In this document: positions 48,311 to 62,500 of the stretch, piece after piece
How the letters are laid out: each line of letters begins with the position of its first letter
Numbering within the stretch: the stretch's first letter is position 1
Origin: Vicugna vicugna
Taxonomy: Eukaryota
Length of the DNA: 64,000 nt
Reading direction: 5' to 3'
NCBI GenBank assembly: GCA_013265495.1
Contig: MU058528.1
Span: 248,001 to 312,000, forward strand
Translations under genes and position numbers: made by a program
The notes under the pieces: model-generated
What the model saw: the letters and a program-made list of their open reading frames with translations, nothing else
What the model was told of the DNA's origin: nothing
Database searches by the model: none

Positions 48311-50864
48311 GTACGTCTCATTGGATTACTGCTTCGTTTTGCTTTGTCCGGGCTGGCCACACCCTGTCCATCTGCGACAGATCATGTAGCTTCTCTTCTT
48401 CGTCATCTTCTTCATCTTCTTTTTCTTCTTTTGGTTTAACTGAGATTGTTTCAATTGCTCTAAAGCAAAAATTAACCAAGACCCTTTAGAAACAGAAAGA
48501 CTTGGACTGGGAATCCTGGCTTGTGCTGCAAGAAACTCCCCTCAGGGGCCCTAATCAAAGCACTTTCCCTTAGACTTCTGAGGTGAGGTGCTCTGATCTG
48601 CATCTACCTCGCCTTCAGTCTTCGCATCTTCTCTGATACATGTGCTGCTCATTCGTCCTCTGTCCTGGACTCAAAATGAGTACCTTCTGCTACCTCGTGT
48701 GTCTACTGATGCCTCCTAGTTTCTGGGTTATACCCCTTTGTTATGGTTCTCTCTATGATCTTGGTTTGTCTCTGGCTCAATTTGCACCTCTTGAATTCTG
48801 CCCTCTTGACCCCTCTCCTAGCTGGAGCTGTGTCTTAACACACTGTGCTAGGACAGAGGAAACCTGGGGGAACAAGATAGATGTGGCATCTACCCTCAAG
48901 GAGCCCACAGACTAGAAGGCAGAACTTCATTGAATTAATTACAGCAGTAATCCCTCAAGCTTTAATTCTAAATCATCTAAAAGTTTGCAAGAATTTTTTT
49001 TTCCTGTCCAGCTTTCATGTTGGTTATTCCTAAATATTCCCATACTCACTCATTTAAACTAAGGCAGGTTCCTAACCTGGCTGCACCTCTGTTCTGGGGT
49101 GCTCACTAAATCCTCCAAATTACTAGGAATCAAAGTCAGAAATAAGGCATTGATTGAGTAGATGGATCTGACTCTAGGCTGCCCTTTGTCATGAAAGTGC
49201 CATGGTCCCAAGCTTTGACTGTCAGTGATTCTTTATTCCGTGGCAACTTTCGTCCCAGGAAATTACCCCTATGTGACTTTGCATGCATAAAGAGAAAATA
49301 GGAAGAAATAAACCTAAGTTGCTACAGAAGAGAATGCTCCAATATAGAGGCTTTTTCTCTCTGTTTAATCTTTATAATTTTGCCAGTAATATTTTCTGAA
49401 AAGCATCTTAGAATGCATGCAGAGTCTTAGTTATATTTATGGTAAAATCAAATACGATGAGATTAAAGGAATTGTCCAGGGACTCACACAGAGAGCAGAT
49501 CCCAGAGCTTCATACTCATACTCTTGTGTTCCAGCCATTGGGATTCTTTCTTGTTCTCTCTTTGTTCTATCTGCCAAAACATGACCAGAGCAGCAAACAT
49601 CCTCAACCAGTTTAGTCAAGGTCCCCACTTGGTGACTGGCTTTGTTCTGAGAACATCTCGTGCATTACCACATTGGAGGCTCCAACTGGATGGAGCTTCA
49701 TTCACTTTTGGGGGTAGATCCTTCCAAGGAAGTGACCTTCTGCCTGAGCCAGGAGGAGCTGGGTTAGACTTCTTTTCAGCTGGAAGTTACACATTACATA
49801 TTTGAAGTGTGTAGTCACTTCAGATCTGTATGAGGCAGGAGAGGAAAAAGCTATGTTTTATAAAACTCCTAAATAAATCTCCAATTCTGTAAGTCCAGTG
49901 TGGTTGCTACTAGATTTCCTCTTATGTAAGTCTTTATCTGATGTCTTTGTACTTTGTCTGATTGTAGTAGAATATCATAATACAATAATTTAATGTTTAT
50001 TAATTGAAAATCCAGGCCATTTCAATTGGTTATGTTTAGCTATCACGCCAAAACCAATTTATTACAGTGTTTAAAGATTCCCAATTGTCCAAATCTGGCA
50101 ACCAGTAAAAAAAAAAAAACGTGGCCAGAAAGCTAGGTTTGTGTGTTAAGATACTAATCTTTCTCTCTTACTTTTCCCCCTCTTCCTTCTATTCATTTAT
50201 GTCTATTTCTTCAGGTCTTTAGGGACCCCAGTCTGTGAATCTCTCAGTCATCATTTTTATCTGACTTACAACACCATACATTTCTTATAAATCTGTGATG
50301 GCAAATGGCTGGTGCTTAAGTCGCTGCCTTATACCCATGACAGATATTGTTGAACAATGACAATATTCCCTCCTCCTGAGCTATGGATTTGGCTTCAGAA
50401 TCCTTCCCAACCCAGTACTGTAAGCACCATCAGTCTTACAGAACTGGATCATAAGCTTTAACCTGTTTTGTCTTTCTGCTGCTTCAGCTTCTCAAACACT
50501 GTTTAATTAGAAGTGAAAGATAGAAATGAGAAATAAAAAATGGACTAAATTCAATAAAATTTTGTTAACTTAGGCTATCAGAGCCACTGTTGATGAAAAG
50601 GATTAAAATGCTTTAGAAAGGGTATTTCTATTGGGTGTGTACTATGTCTAGTACAGACTCTTAACAGTAGGCTATTCTACCTTTGTTTGAATTTTTCCAG
50701 ATATAATTAATTTACTTTTAATGAAACAGCTTATTCCACATTAAAAAAAACTCTGAAGATTAGAAAGTGTTTCCTTAAATTGCCCTGAAATTGCTTTCCT
50801 TATATCTCCACCTATTTTTCTTGCATTCCTCCAGTAGAAAGAAAGTCAATTTTTTAATGTTTAA

Positions 50865-52060
50865 TCTTTTTAAATTAAGATATAATTTATTGAAGACAAA
50901 ATATGTGATCTTAAATGTTCAATTTGATGAGTGTTGAGAATTGAAAACATCCAATGAGACCACCTAATATGAGATGTAAAACATTTCTATCACTCCAGAA
51001 AGCTCTGCCATGTCCATGTTGAGTTAGCTCCCTGCCCCTCACCTCCCAAAGAGAAATACTGTAGTGCGCTAGTCAGGGTTCTCCAGAGAAACAGAAACAA
51101 TAAAATATGTACAGATATGTTGCAGAGGATATTTATTGTAAGAGTTGGCTGACATGATTATGGAGACCAAGAAGTCCCAAGATACATTGTCTTCAAGTTG
51201 AAGAACCAGGAATACCAGTGGTGCAATTCAATTCAAAAGGTCTGAAAACTAGAGGACTGATGGTGTAAGTCCTGATGTAAGTCCAAAACCAAGAACCAAC
51301 ACCGATGCCCAAGGTCAAGACAAGATTGATATCTCAGCTCAAGCAGAGAGAGAGAATTTGCCCTTTGCAATTTTGTTCTGTTCAGGCCCTTGACAGATTG
51401 GCTCATGCCCGCCCCAACTGGTGAGGATAATCTTTTACTCAGTCTACTGATTGACATTCTAATCTCCTCCAGAGGGACCATCACAGATACACTCAGAAGT
51501 AAGGTTTTACCAGTTATCTGGACGTCCCTTAGACACGCCAAGTTACACAAAGTTAACCAACTCAATGAATTCTTGTTATAATCATATAAATGGAATTATA
51601 TGATACATATTCTTTTTATCTGTTTTTTTTTCTCAGCATCATGTTTTTGAGATTACCCTCCTGTTGCTACACATATCAGTAGTTAATTCTATTTTATTTC
51701 TGGGTAGCATTCCATAGCATTCCACAAAGACCTTAATTTGTCCATTTTCCTACTGATGGACATCTGGGTTGTTAACAGTTTAGGTAACTATGAACAAGGC
51801 TGTAATGACTGTTTCCACAAAAACTGTTATAGGTATTTGTTTTCATTGCTTTTGGGATGGAAGATACATTTATATTTAAGTTTATAAAAAATTGCCAAAC
51901 AATGTTCCAGAGTACTTGTGCCACTTTGCATTACCATTAGCAATTTATGAGAGTTCCAGTTGCTCCATATCCTTGCTAGGCATTTAAGTATAGTCATTCT
52001 AGTGGGCGTGAAAGTAAATCTCACTGTGATTTCAATGTGCATTTTCCTGATGACTGTGTA
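50865..52060 (-). mobile_element. Ancient L1 (L1MC/ME-like) 3' region interrupted by an MLT2 LTR
   Basis: 'aacatttctatcactccagaaag' on the left; 'atcatataaatggaattatatgatacatattc...tgatggacatctgggttg...gagagttccagttgctccatatccttgc' on the right. Confidence 0.75.
51060..51560 (-). mobile_element. ERVL LTR (MLT2B-like) nested in the L1
   Basis: 'tagtcagggttctccagagaaacagaaacaata...ttggctgacatgattatggagaccaagaagtccc...cacagatacactcagaagtaaggttttaccagttatctgg'. Confidence 0.88.
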
Positions 52061-52129
52061 TTTCTTCTTTTTACAGATTGATGGAATTACTAGCCCTTTA
52101 AAATGAATTTAAATTCCCCAAATCTTTTT

Positions 52130-52392
52130 ATGCTATTTTTACTTATTTATTTATGTAAATTGAGTTAGAGTCAGTTTACAACGTTGTGTCAATTTCTGGT
52201 GTACAGCTCAATTTTTCAGTCCTACATGAATATACATATATTCATTTTCATGTTCTTTTTCACCATGAGCTCCTACAAGACCTTGAAGATATGTGTCTGT
52301 GCGATACAGTGTAAACTTGTTTATCTATTCTATACATACCTGTCGGCATCTACAAATCTTGAACTCCCAGTCTGTCCCTTCCCACCCAACTC
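52130..52392 (-). mobile_element. Short camelid-type L1 3' end with TSD
   Basis: 'gagtcagtttacaacgttgtgtcaatttctggtgtacagc'; TSD ccccaaatcttttt at 52116-52129 and 52393-52406. Confidence 0.9.
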
Positions 52393-53059
52393 CCCCAAAT
52401 CTTTTTTTGCCTAAACTAGTTACTAATCCAGATCCCTCCTACTTGTGCAAATATTTGAAATGAAATGTAAAATATTAAATTTATTTTGACACTACTAGAT
52501 ATTATCCATGATTTTCACCAACTAAGGTAATTTTAATTTTGATATTGTATTAGCTGTCAAATGTCAATTTAGATCTCTGGCTAATTTAGCACAAGATACT
52601 TGAAATACCTGGCTGTATGACTTTATCTGCACTGCCCCTTCATATTGAAGAATAGAGTCATGAGTAACTGGGCTTCCTCATTAGAAGAAACATTCTAAAT
52701 TAATGTTGATTCTGGAATTGATTGATCAACCTGCTTATACAACTACTAAATTTTCCTGTCACCCCATATTACTATATCTCATGGGTGAAAAGATCATGAG
52801 GGATTTGATAAATGGCTTAATACTTTCACTATCTGCTATGCTATGTGAATAGGTTAATCTAACACCCTAACAATATTATGAAGTTAGAGATGATTTAAGA
52901 TAGTATTTCCTAATTCTTGCAAAGCTGTGATGTAATATAAAGAATACCAGACTTAGAATCTTAGCTATTTCACTTTCTAGCTGGATTCCTAGGAGAAGTC
53001 ACTACATTTCTAGATTTCTTATCTCTTAAATTGGGGGTAGTGTTATGTACTTTGTGATT

Positions 53060-53835
53060 ACAAAACTCTTTTAATTGGTCTCCCTGATTTTCTTATATTG
53101 TGTTGTCTGTGCTCCATGCCTAAGTCCATCCAAACTTAGATCGGATCCTGTCACACCTCTACTCACTGTCTTCCAATAACATCCCATCTCATTCAGGGTC
53201 AAAGTCAAGATTATAATATTCTACAAATCCTTAATAGAAGTTTTGGCCCATCTACATGAAATCTATGACTCATCTCTCTTTCTCTCTTCCTGTCTCTATT
53301 TTTTTTCCCAGCTCTAACGGACTACTTGCCTTTCTGTATTTACTCACCTCAAGAATCTGCACCTGGTCCAACAATCTGCAAGGCTCACTCCCTTATCTCT
53401 CTAGTATGTACTCAAATGTCACCTTTGCAGTGAGGCTTTCCCTAACCATTCTGCCTCAGGCCAGCACAGCCCCATCCCATCTTCTACTTTTATTTTCCTT
53501 CCTAGCACTGAATGCCAACTTACCAACTATTCATTTGTATTCTTTCTTTCTTTTTTTTTTTTTATTGAAGTACAGTCTGTTACAATGTGTCTATCTCTGG
53601 TGTACAGCACAGTGTCTCAGTCATGCATATACATACATATGTTTGTTCTCATAAAAGGTTATTATAAGATATTGAATATACTTCTCTGTGCTATTCTATA
53701 TTGCCTATGTCTCCCTTTCGAATGCAGGTGCCATGGTAGTAAAAAATTCTGTCTGATCCACTTATGGCTATAAACAGTTCTGGTTACATAGTTATCCACT
53801 ATACTCAATAAATATTTCCGTATGCATTTACTTAC
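53060..53835 (+). mobile_element. L2 LINE fragment interrupted by a young L1 tail
   Basis: 'gatcggatcctgtcacacctctactca', 'ctcaaatgtcacctttgcagtgaggctttccctaacca' and an end at 'actcaataaatattt'. Confidence 0.72.
53543..53695 (-). mobile_element. Short camelid-type L1 3' tail
   Basis: Poly(T) followed by 'attgaagtacagtctgttacaatgtgtctatctctggtgtacagcacagtgtctcagtcatgcat'. Confidence 0.88.
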
Positions 53836-55149
53836 ATGGATTAATGTTTGCCATTTGTATCTTAAAAACAAGAAAACAAGTTCATTACTGAATAAACTTT
53901 TGCTATTTTGTATCTTAAAAACAAGAAAGAGGTCTTAGAGGACAATTGATTACATTTTCAATTAGGATTTTTTTCACTGATATGAGCAAATTTCTATACT
54001 CAAGTGCTGTTTTCCCAACTATATTGTAAAATTTGGGGGAATAGAGACCTTGAGTGTTAATCTTTGTATTACCTAAATTATCTCAGGGCAGTAAGTCCAT
54101 AGTGTGTATTTTAGAATAAATGAATAGATATAAAGCAGGTAGAAAATGCCTTTAATGTGCTATCATTTCCACTTATATGATTTTTTTCCAACAGTTTTTA
54201 TTCATTAGGATTCGGGAGAAAAGTATACAACCTGAATAATGGACATCCCATTGCATAGATTTATGGGTCTATATCATGATCTTCATCCTGTATTTTGCAT
54301 GCCTTTAAGTAATTTTAGAAAAGAGAAAGACTTTTTATATTCACACGTGTACATGTGCACCATGCACATGGGAAAATAAGGAACTTTGAAACTAATGTTG
54401 AAAGGAGCTAAAGAATGCCAAACACAGTTCTACTCCAGAGGCCAACCAGATGTCACTTAAAAACAACAGTGCAATAATTTATACACTTAATTATTCCCCC
54501 TAGTAATATGAAAAGAATTTATGGGAAATGGCTAACTATGAAAATGAGAACTGTTCCGTGTCAAGTCAAACTTCTTCTCAGTAAAGTTGAAATATGTATG
54601 CATAAATGCACCTAAAGTTAATTCAACATCCCCAAATAGAATGACATTCTGTTCACAAGATGTAAAAATTAGAATGAGTTTGAAAGTGGATTTAGAGGTG
54701 AATAAGGCAAAGGATTAGCTTCTGCATTTGCTCTGCTCGAGCCCACCTCATTGCAGTGCACAGTCTGGCCTTGTGCACAGGGTGAGGGCAGTGGTCCTGC
54801 CTTAGCTATTTCCAGCACTGTTCCTCGCACCGCCAAATATCAGAAAGTATACATACAATGAGTAAGTAAATACAAAAAAGCATGTAGAGTTGTAGAGTCT
54901 GATGTCCAGGGAGATTGTGAGTTTTATAAGATTAGGCAGACATTTAGTGAGCCTTCTGTAACTAGCACCTAAACTCTCCTGATTTCAATGTCAAATAAAA
55001 TTATTTTAGTTACACAAATAGTAAAATTTTTAAGTCAATGGGTTATAGTCCTGAAGAATTTTTTTCAAACACATTATCTTTCTTTTACTGATATAATATT
55101 TAAAATTATAACTAATCTTCATTTCCTTAAAAGAAATAAGCAAGTGTTT

Positions 55150-55345
55150 CTTTTCCCTTTTTATGAACAGTAGTTGATATACAACATTTCATTATTTCAG
55201 GTGTACAGCATAGTGATTTGATATTTAAATACATTACAAATTGATCACTATGATAAGTCTAGTAATCATCTGTCACCATAAAAATTATTATAATATTGTA
55301 GAATATATAACCTATGCTGTATATTATATCCCCATGATTTGTATA
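55150..55345 (-). mobile_element. Short L1MA-type 3' tail
   Basis: 'tagttgatatacaacatt...tttcaggtgtacagcatagtgatttgatattt...gataagtctagtaatcatctgtcaccata'. Confidence 0.8.
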
Positions 55346-55883
55346 AATAATAATTTGTGAAGTGCACAATCTTACTATTTTTACTGAATGTGCATAAGAT
55401 TTTTAAATTAAAATATTTAAATTAAATAAAACTTTTATATTAAAATTCATATATGTAATTTAAGAGAAAAATGAAAATTAACTTTCTTAACTTTTGATAC
55501 AAGTAAACTTTTTACAATAGAAATTGCAACTTCAAATTTTGATTCTGTTTTTTCCTCAAGAATTTGACACAAAGTATTTAGTAAGAAACAATCTTAATTA
55601 ATTATATCAATTCAGTTTTTAAATTGATCATATTGAATAAATCACTTTCTTGAATGTGAATTCCCTTTATTAGTTAAAGTTTTCATAAAAATTTTCAAAA
55701 ATAATCATAATTATTAAAAGCTATTCTAATATATGAAATGTAATTTCTTGAATTTAATTTCATAACTTCTTAATAAAGCATATCATAAAATTATGTAATT
55801 GATTTTAGAAATTCAGTAATCCTTATGGGTATCTTTTGAAAGTAAGATATGTCTAATTCTATTCTTAGGAAGTTCCTAGTTTT

Positions 55884-55973
55884 GGGGGTATTTTTGGGGA
55901 GGGAGGGAGATAATTAGGTTTATTTATTTTTAGAGAAGCTATTGGGGATTGAGCTTGACCTATACCCTCCCTC
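55884..55973 (-). mobile_element. Camelid Vic-1-like SINE with an internal deletion and TSD
   Basis: 'gataattaggtttatttatttttagagaagctattggggattgagc...ctataccctccc'; TSD aggaagttc(c/a)tagtttt at 55867-55883 and 55974-55990. Confidence 0.85.
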
Positions 55974-57397
55974 AGGAAGTTCATAGTTTTTAATACAAAA
56001 AATTTTTAGGACTGATTCTTCAACATAATTTTTCCCATAGAATTAGTGTTATGACTGGAATTATTATTTCTTAATATAGACTTGCTGTGAAATAATTGTT
56101 TAAAATGCATATTTATGATAATTAGATGGTGAAACAGAAAAATGATTACATACTTTTCCATATTTAAAAGTTTCAAACTAGACATCATTTTTATTGGATA
56201 GTCACTACTATATGTACATGTGCAAAGAGGTATCAGTTAGAGTGGTAAAAATTCTGAGGGTATGTGGGGAAAAACTCTTCTAACCACATTTTTCCTGAAA
56301 CTGATTTGTAGTGATAATAACTATTAAACATTTTTATTGCCAAAATTTAACTTCCACTTTTGGAAATTAGAAGGAATGGGGTGTGTTTGGGTGGGGATTT
56401 GGATATTTGAACATTACAAATCTTTAATGAAAATGAGTGAAGTTCTTGAAATGATGCCATCCTTTCTCCTTGCTCTTTATTTCTCCCTAACCAATAGACA
56501 CATTTAAAATAATTGCATTGGCTGTAAAGCTACTTTAAGTTTCTGTATACAGTAATTAACATTTTGTTGTTAAATTTCCAAACGATGGTTATTTCTCTAC
56601 AAAGCCTTGAAAATGATTACCAAATCTTGACATGATCTTTTTAAGAGAAATTTTAGTTTCTCTAGCAGGATTGCTAAGAAGTATCCAGCTCTTTTGCCTT
56701 CCTGGGCATTAATTAGAATTGTGGTATTTTAGGTGTTAACCAATGGATTTCCCGTTAATGGTTACGTAATAGGTTCGTCCATGAACAGCCTCTGGAACAG
56801 ATTTGTCTCTCCTGAAGGTGCTTGGAACATTTAGCAAATAGATAGTCAGGAAGATGGCTTGCAGCACGTAGGATTCCAGTGAATTAACAGGGTCCCATTG
56901 TGAGGTCAACTGGGCTTCATCCTCACTCCTTGTGGATCTGCACTGTGATGGGGGAAAGCTAGAGACCATTTCCCAGATTTCCTTACCCAACGTGTTCTGG
57001 TTAGATTCTGTTGATGGGAGTGCTAGGTACCAATTTGGAAGTCGAAAGAGAAGGAGAAATAATTATTTTCTAGCAGCAACTCTGAGCAGGTGCACAATCA
57101 ACAGCAGAGAGGCCTGTGGGGGCTTCAGAAGAGCACCTGTGACGGGGCTGCTCTGTGACTTGGACATGCCATGATTTCATGCTGTCTATCATCAGTTTCC
57201 TTGGCTTTTGCTCCCCTGGCCCTTCCTATAATCAGATAACCCCCTTTCTACTTGATACCTATAGGTTTTTTATTTTTCTGATAAAATCCTGGAGTGATCA
57301 CTGTTTCAACACATGAAATCAGAGTTTGGCTAAAAAGTACTTAGTGGACTGTGATAGAGAGACTGTATCAACGCATTTCCCCTTTCTCTCACCATTG

Positions 57398-57850
57398 CCT
57401 TTGGTTGTGCTCTCCTAGGAGTGTCCTCTGAGACTAGGATTCAGTCCAGCTAGTTTATTTGGAAGACAATTCCAGAAAGCACTAGTACGGGAATCAAGAA
57501 GTAACATGTAAGGGAAAGAAAGTAGTACAGGGCAAGGTTAATTAGTATTAGTGTTCGTTCCTGTGATGTGCCCTTGGGGCTCAGTCATACTGGGGACCCC
57601 TGGAGGGGAGTGTAGAACATGCCTCAGAATGGCCCTACCTCCCCAAGGGACACGAAAGCTGGTGTGTTAGTCACCAGTTCCCATTGTCTTTGGTTGAGGG
57701 CAACACCGGGGGGCATTTACTCCCGGGTATTTATGATCGGCGCCTCATGCTGATCGGCCAAGCAGGCTTCAGCATCCAGAGACAGCTGGCAAGCAGAGAG
57801 AAGCCCAGGTCTTTGCAGTAAGTCACCGTAGATATGTATGAGAAATTGTG
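57398..57850 (-). mobile_element. ERVL-type LTR (LTR33-like)
   Basis: 'ctctgagactaggattcagtccagctagtttatttggaagacaattccagaaagcact...ggggctcagtcatactggggacccctgga...tagaacatgcctcagaat'. Confidence 0.6.
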
Positions 57851-57902
57851 AGTTTAAACCATAACATGGATTCTGAAAAGCTACTGCCCCAACCATCGTA
57901 TG

Positions 57903-57906
<4 letters not shown>

Positions 57907-57957
<51 letters not shown>
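57907..57957. repeat. Compound (TC)n(AC)n microsatellite
   Basis: Direct inspection. Confidence 0.95.
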
Positions 57958-58639
57958 ACCTACACTAGAAAGCAGAAATAGAAATTACTGATGGAGAAGA
58001 ATTCATAAAGTATCCCTAAGAAACTGAAAACAGAATCCAATTTAAAGAAAGAAAGAAAATGTTACCAAGAACCTATGTAGGAACTCCTATAGGAGAATTT
58101 TGGGATACAAAGGGGGGTGATATCATGACAGTCCACCTTCAGAGTCAGCAGTAGCAGAGATCAAGGGGTTATCCCAGGAGAAAGCATCAGAGGAATTAAG
58201 TGGGAACCATGCTGGAACATGCTGGTGGTCTGATCCCTGTGGACTCCTTCCCCATCCCCACAAGAGCCAGCATCAGTGGTGGGGCTGTCTACCTTCAGGC
58301 AGAAGCAGTGTTTGAGGAAGGCAGGCAGAGCAGTGCCTAGTGTGGCTGGTCGTGCCCGAGGGAACTGGGAGCAGCCATGCTCAGGGTACTAGGTAGAGAG
58401 GCACACTGCCTGCTATAGGATTTCTACCTCCTGGACCTGCTTCCTTGAAGATAGTATTTAGCCTGTTCATCTATCCTCTGTATTTTCTGTTAAATAGAAG
58501 TTAAATCTAAAGCCTTGACTAGATTCAAGTTAAGCAGTTTTGACCAGGACCTATAATATCCCCAATCTTTTAAGAGCCTAAATCACATGAAAGAGGGGGA
58601 ACAGTCAGTAAAGAGCTTATACGCCCAACAGCTTACACA

Positions 58640-59500
58640 CACCTCAGGGAAGAGTTAATAGTGAAAACAGAGCACTCAAAAATGTATTTAATATTCTCTG
58701 AGGCAAAAGGGAAAATACAGCATTTATGGAACAGGATCAGGAGTTATGGGAAATAAATTAATCATAAATTTTGGAAATAAAAATACCATTGTTGAGATTA
58801 AAACTAAAGGTGGGCTGAATAGCTGAATTAACCCACTAGAAGACTGAATTAATGAGCCAGAAAATACAGACAAGGGATTCTTCAAAAGTAGCACAAAGAA
58901 GTGAAGGTTTGAATGGATAAAAGACATATCAAGAGATACGGAAATTAAATCTGAAATTGCCAAAATTTGTTCCACAAGGAGAGCATATAAAGGCTACTGG
59001 AACTCCCCAGTTGAAGATGTAAAGCCTAAAATTTTCCAGAAATGAAGAAAGGCAAATATCTTGCCAATAGCATTGTTTGAAAAATCAGAAAAGATAAAAA
59101 ACAGAAACAGCAATGAAGAAATACTGAGTGGAGCATGAAACACCAAAGACAGACAAAATACTAGAATCTATGACAGAAAGAGAGACTGGGAAAACTTAAA
59201 AATGGCAAAATACAGATTAAATTCAGCTTTCTCAACAGCCACAGAAGATAATGGATTCTAACTTTCAAAGTCCTGAAAGAAAAGGAATTTGGAACATAAT
59301 TCTGTACTCAGCCAAGCCAGCATTCAAAGGTGAGGATAAAACACGTGCCGATTTATATATTGAAAAACTTGGGAAGTTAATTCTCTACGAATTCTTTCTT
59401 TGGTAGGAACACCTGCAAAAAGAACATTTCACCCCCAAGAAAGGAGTGAGATGTAAGAAGCTATGGTGAGTAATCAAACTGATAAAAGGTGTTAAGCATA
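58640..59500 (+). mobile_element. Ancient L1/HAL1 ORF1-derived fragment
   Basis: 'gctgaatagctgaattaacccactagaagactgaattaatgagccagaa', 'aaaattttccagaaatgaagaaag', 'tcagctttctcaacagccaca', 'aattctgtactcagccaagccagcattcaa'. Confidence 0.6.
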
Positions 59501-62500
59501 CAGGGCACTGAATGTCTAAGCCAACACACTCCACAGTCCTTTAAATCCTGTATATTCATTTATTATCAGATTCCTGGGGAAATGAACATTGTGATGAAAT
59601 GTAAAGGAAAAATGTACTCAGGCTGTCTTCCCTGTGAGGAGGATATAGTTACAGAAATGTAATGAGGGAAGATTCAAATTCTTTATTTGGACGCGGCTGA
59701 GTCATAGGCTTTTATTAGCCTTTCAAGCCTATAGAGGAGAAGACAGTGCCAAGGGTCTTTTCTCTGATGTGACAGACAATGCTCACAAATATTTATGCCT
59801 TTAAGGGAACATATTATAATGTGACCAGGACAACAAATTGTTAAGAAGGACAGACTTTTCTTTGAAAGCTACTTTCTCAGAATGTGGCAAAAATCTCTTA
59901 ATTCTACATGTCTTACAAAATCCTTCTCTTTCAAGAGCAAAGTTATATGAACAGAGGACAGGACCAGTTGAGAGCAAAAACTAATTATACAGGATCCCAT
60001 ACTGCATGGGAGAAAAAGACTTGCAACCTCGTGAGTCTTCTTAATTTTACTTTTCATCAAATTAGACTCCCACAGGACATTCACAAAACGTTTGTCATGT
60101 GTGGAATCACATTCCAATGTATTGATATCATATATTCTATAGTTATCAAGCATTAGAAATTGCTGATTAAATCATGGATTAAAGAGGAATAAAGATGGGA
60201 ATTATAAAAATAAAATGTTGAGTGGTGGGTGCTCTAAAAAGCTGAGGGGGCATCGGAGCAAATATTCAGGGTCAGGAAAGGAAAAGTATGAATTACAAGT
60301 TAAGTAATCAGGCAAACATTAATAAAAGACATATCCTAAGGGGATATGTGACGTTTTAATAAAAGACACTGGCAATAACTTCTGTAGGAGTTCAGAAAAA
60401 GAATCAACCTCCAGGTAGCCCCCAGTAACCACACACTGGGATTTCGCTGGTTCATAGAATATGCATTGATAAAAAGATTTTGATACATACTGTTAACATG
60501 TTGCTCAAAAAGTAATATGTGAGCAATGAATAAACTGACCCATTTCCTGCACCCGCAGCAATGCTGGATATTGAACATTTGTAAAATATTTTTAAAAACG
60601 TGACAGGTAAAAATAATATGAAAATATTTTATTTTATTTATATTTATTTAATTACTTATGCTTACCATTTTGAAATTTCTTTGTCACTTATAATTGTGTT
60701 AGGAATCCGGGATGCCCTTTTAAACTTGTCTTCTTTTGAACTTGCCCTTGCTGTTTATTTCACCCTAGGATTTGGAATGAGAGGTAAGGGAAGGGAATCG
60801 GTTGTCTGATTTTTCCAGGGCTCACAGACCCCAGCAATGGCCTTGCATCTGTATTCCCCTGAGGACGGTCTTGGGAGCCTGACACTCTGAACCAAACTGG
60901 TGAGAGTTGTTTAAAAGGAGGTAGAACTTGGGAAGTTTGTGGGATTTCGCTTGATGGTAAGTGGCGAGAAGTACCTAACCCATAAAGGTCCCCATTTAAT
61001 TGCATGCCCTCAGCCACAATGAGTTTCCTTGACAACCACTGCTACAGTTTGGCTCTAAACCTGCTCATAACTCCTTGACTCAGATGTAGGCTCTTAACAT
61101 AAACTGGGCCAATCAGAAGCCCTTCAGAATCTTGAATTGAGTATGGGATCCTAGTGTCAGTCTGGATCTATTTCTCGGGACAGGAGATAAAGGGCTACTT
61201 CGTTTTTTGCCAAGTGGACTAGGGATTAGAGAGAGAAGTGAAAAAGAGAAAGGAAAAGAGAGAACAAATGATCTACCACTGGTTCCAACTTGTTCTTGTG
61301 GTTCAGTCATGTTTCTGCCCTTGGATCCAATGAGAAGCCCTCATAATATGCATGCATGTGTTTGCTTTAACTTTTACACATTCTATTGGCACTATTATTT
61401 GTAACCAGTATAAGCCTAATTGGTATAGTGGACCAGAGTGAATGCAGATATGGTTTTTGGAATTACAGTAACTAGCCTAGCCTGACTGCAAGGCGGAGGG
61501 AGCAATGGGAGATGGTGGAGAGCTCCACATTCTAGGGAAATGATCTTGGGCCACCATTGCTTGGCATATTTCAGAGAGAAGTCCCTGGAGCTCTCTAAAG
61601 GACTGATCACACTCACCCACTGGAGGAGTACTTAGAATTGGACAAAGAGCGAGACTTTGTATTACTTTCAGAAAATGCAGATGTGAGTCAGTATTAAGAA
61701 ATCTGACAGGTTAAATTGAGTGAGTGGAGCAATAGAAATGACTTGATCTTTTTACGAAGACCTAGAAGAATAGCTATTGAGAGATACAGAAAGAGGCTGA
61801 CTCACGTTTGATGACAGCTGCAAAATACATGCAATGATTAAAAAGGAAAGTCTTTATTCTCATTGTCTCAGATCCAAGTGGACTTGGATAGAGAACTAAA
61901 CCATAAAGTTTACCAGACCAGGTTATTTTGTCCCTATTACTGATTATTAGCTGCTTTTATGTATATTGTCTTGTATAAACTCTTACATAAATTTCATTTA
62001 GTGTCTATATTTTTTGCCATGCTGGCTGGCTGGTTTATTTGACTAATCTAGTATATTCTCCAGTGGCCTTTGAAAGTTTGTTTGTTTTTTTTCCTACTTA
62101 ACATTTTTTTTTCAAAAGAATGTTAAGTAATTTCCACATATTTTTAAAACTAGTAAGACAGTTGGTTCTAATAAAGACAAACAGTATAATAGTAGGTAGT
62201 GATTTGACATCATATAAGAGCAAATTAAACACAAAACATACCAGTCCAAGAATCCCCCAAAGATGTGGTGTTTGCACAGAGATGAACACAGCCTTAGACC
62301 AAGTACAAGTCTTCCCGGGATTCCTACTGCTGACGTGGAGCAGAGGAGCATGGACATGGGTCCTGGAGGAGCTGGCCACTTTGGAATGATGGAGAGAAAG
62401 AAATATTTGTCTGTTTTTAGATAGCTTTGTTCTGAATTTTAAGGACAGTTTGATTATTGCAATCTAAAGCAAAAATTAGTGAAATGAAGTTGTCAGAAGA

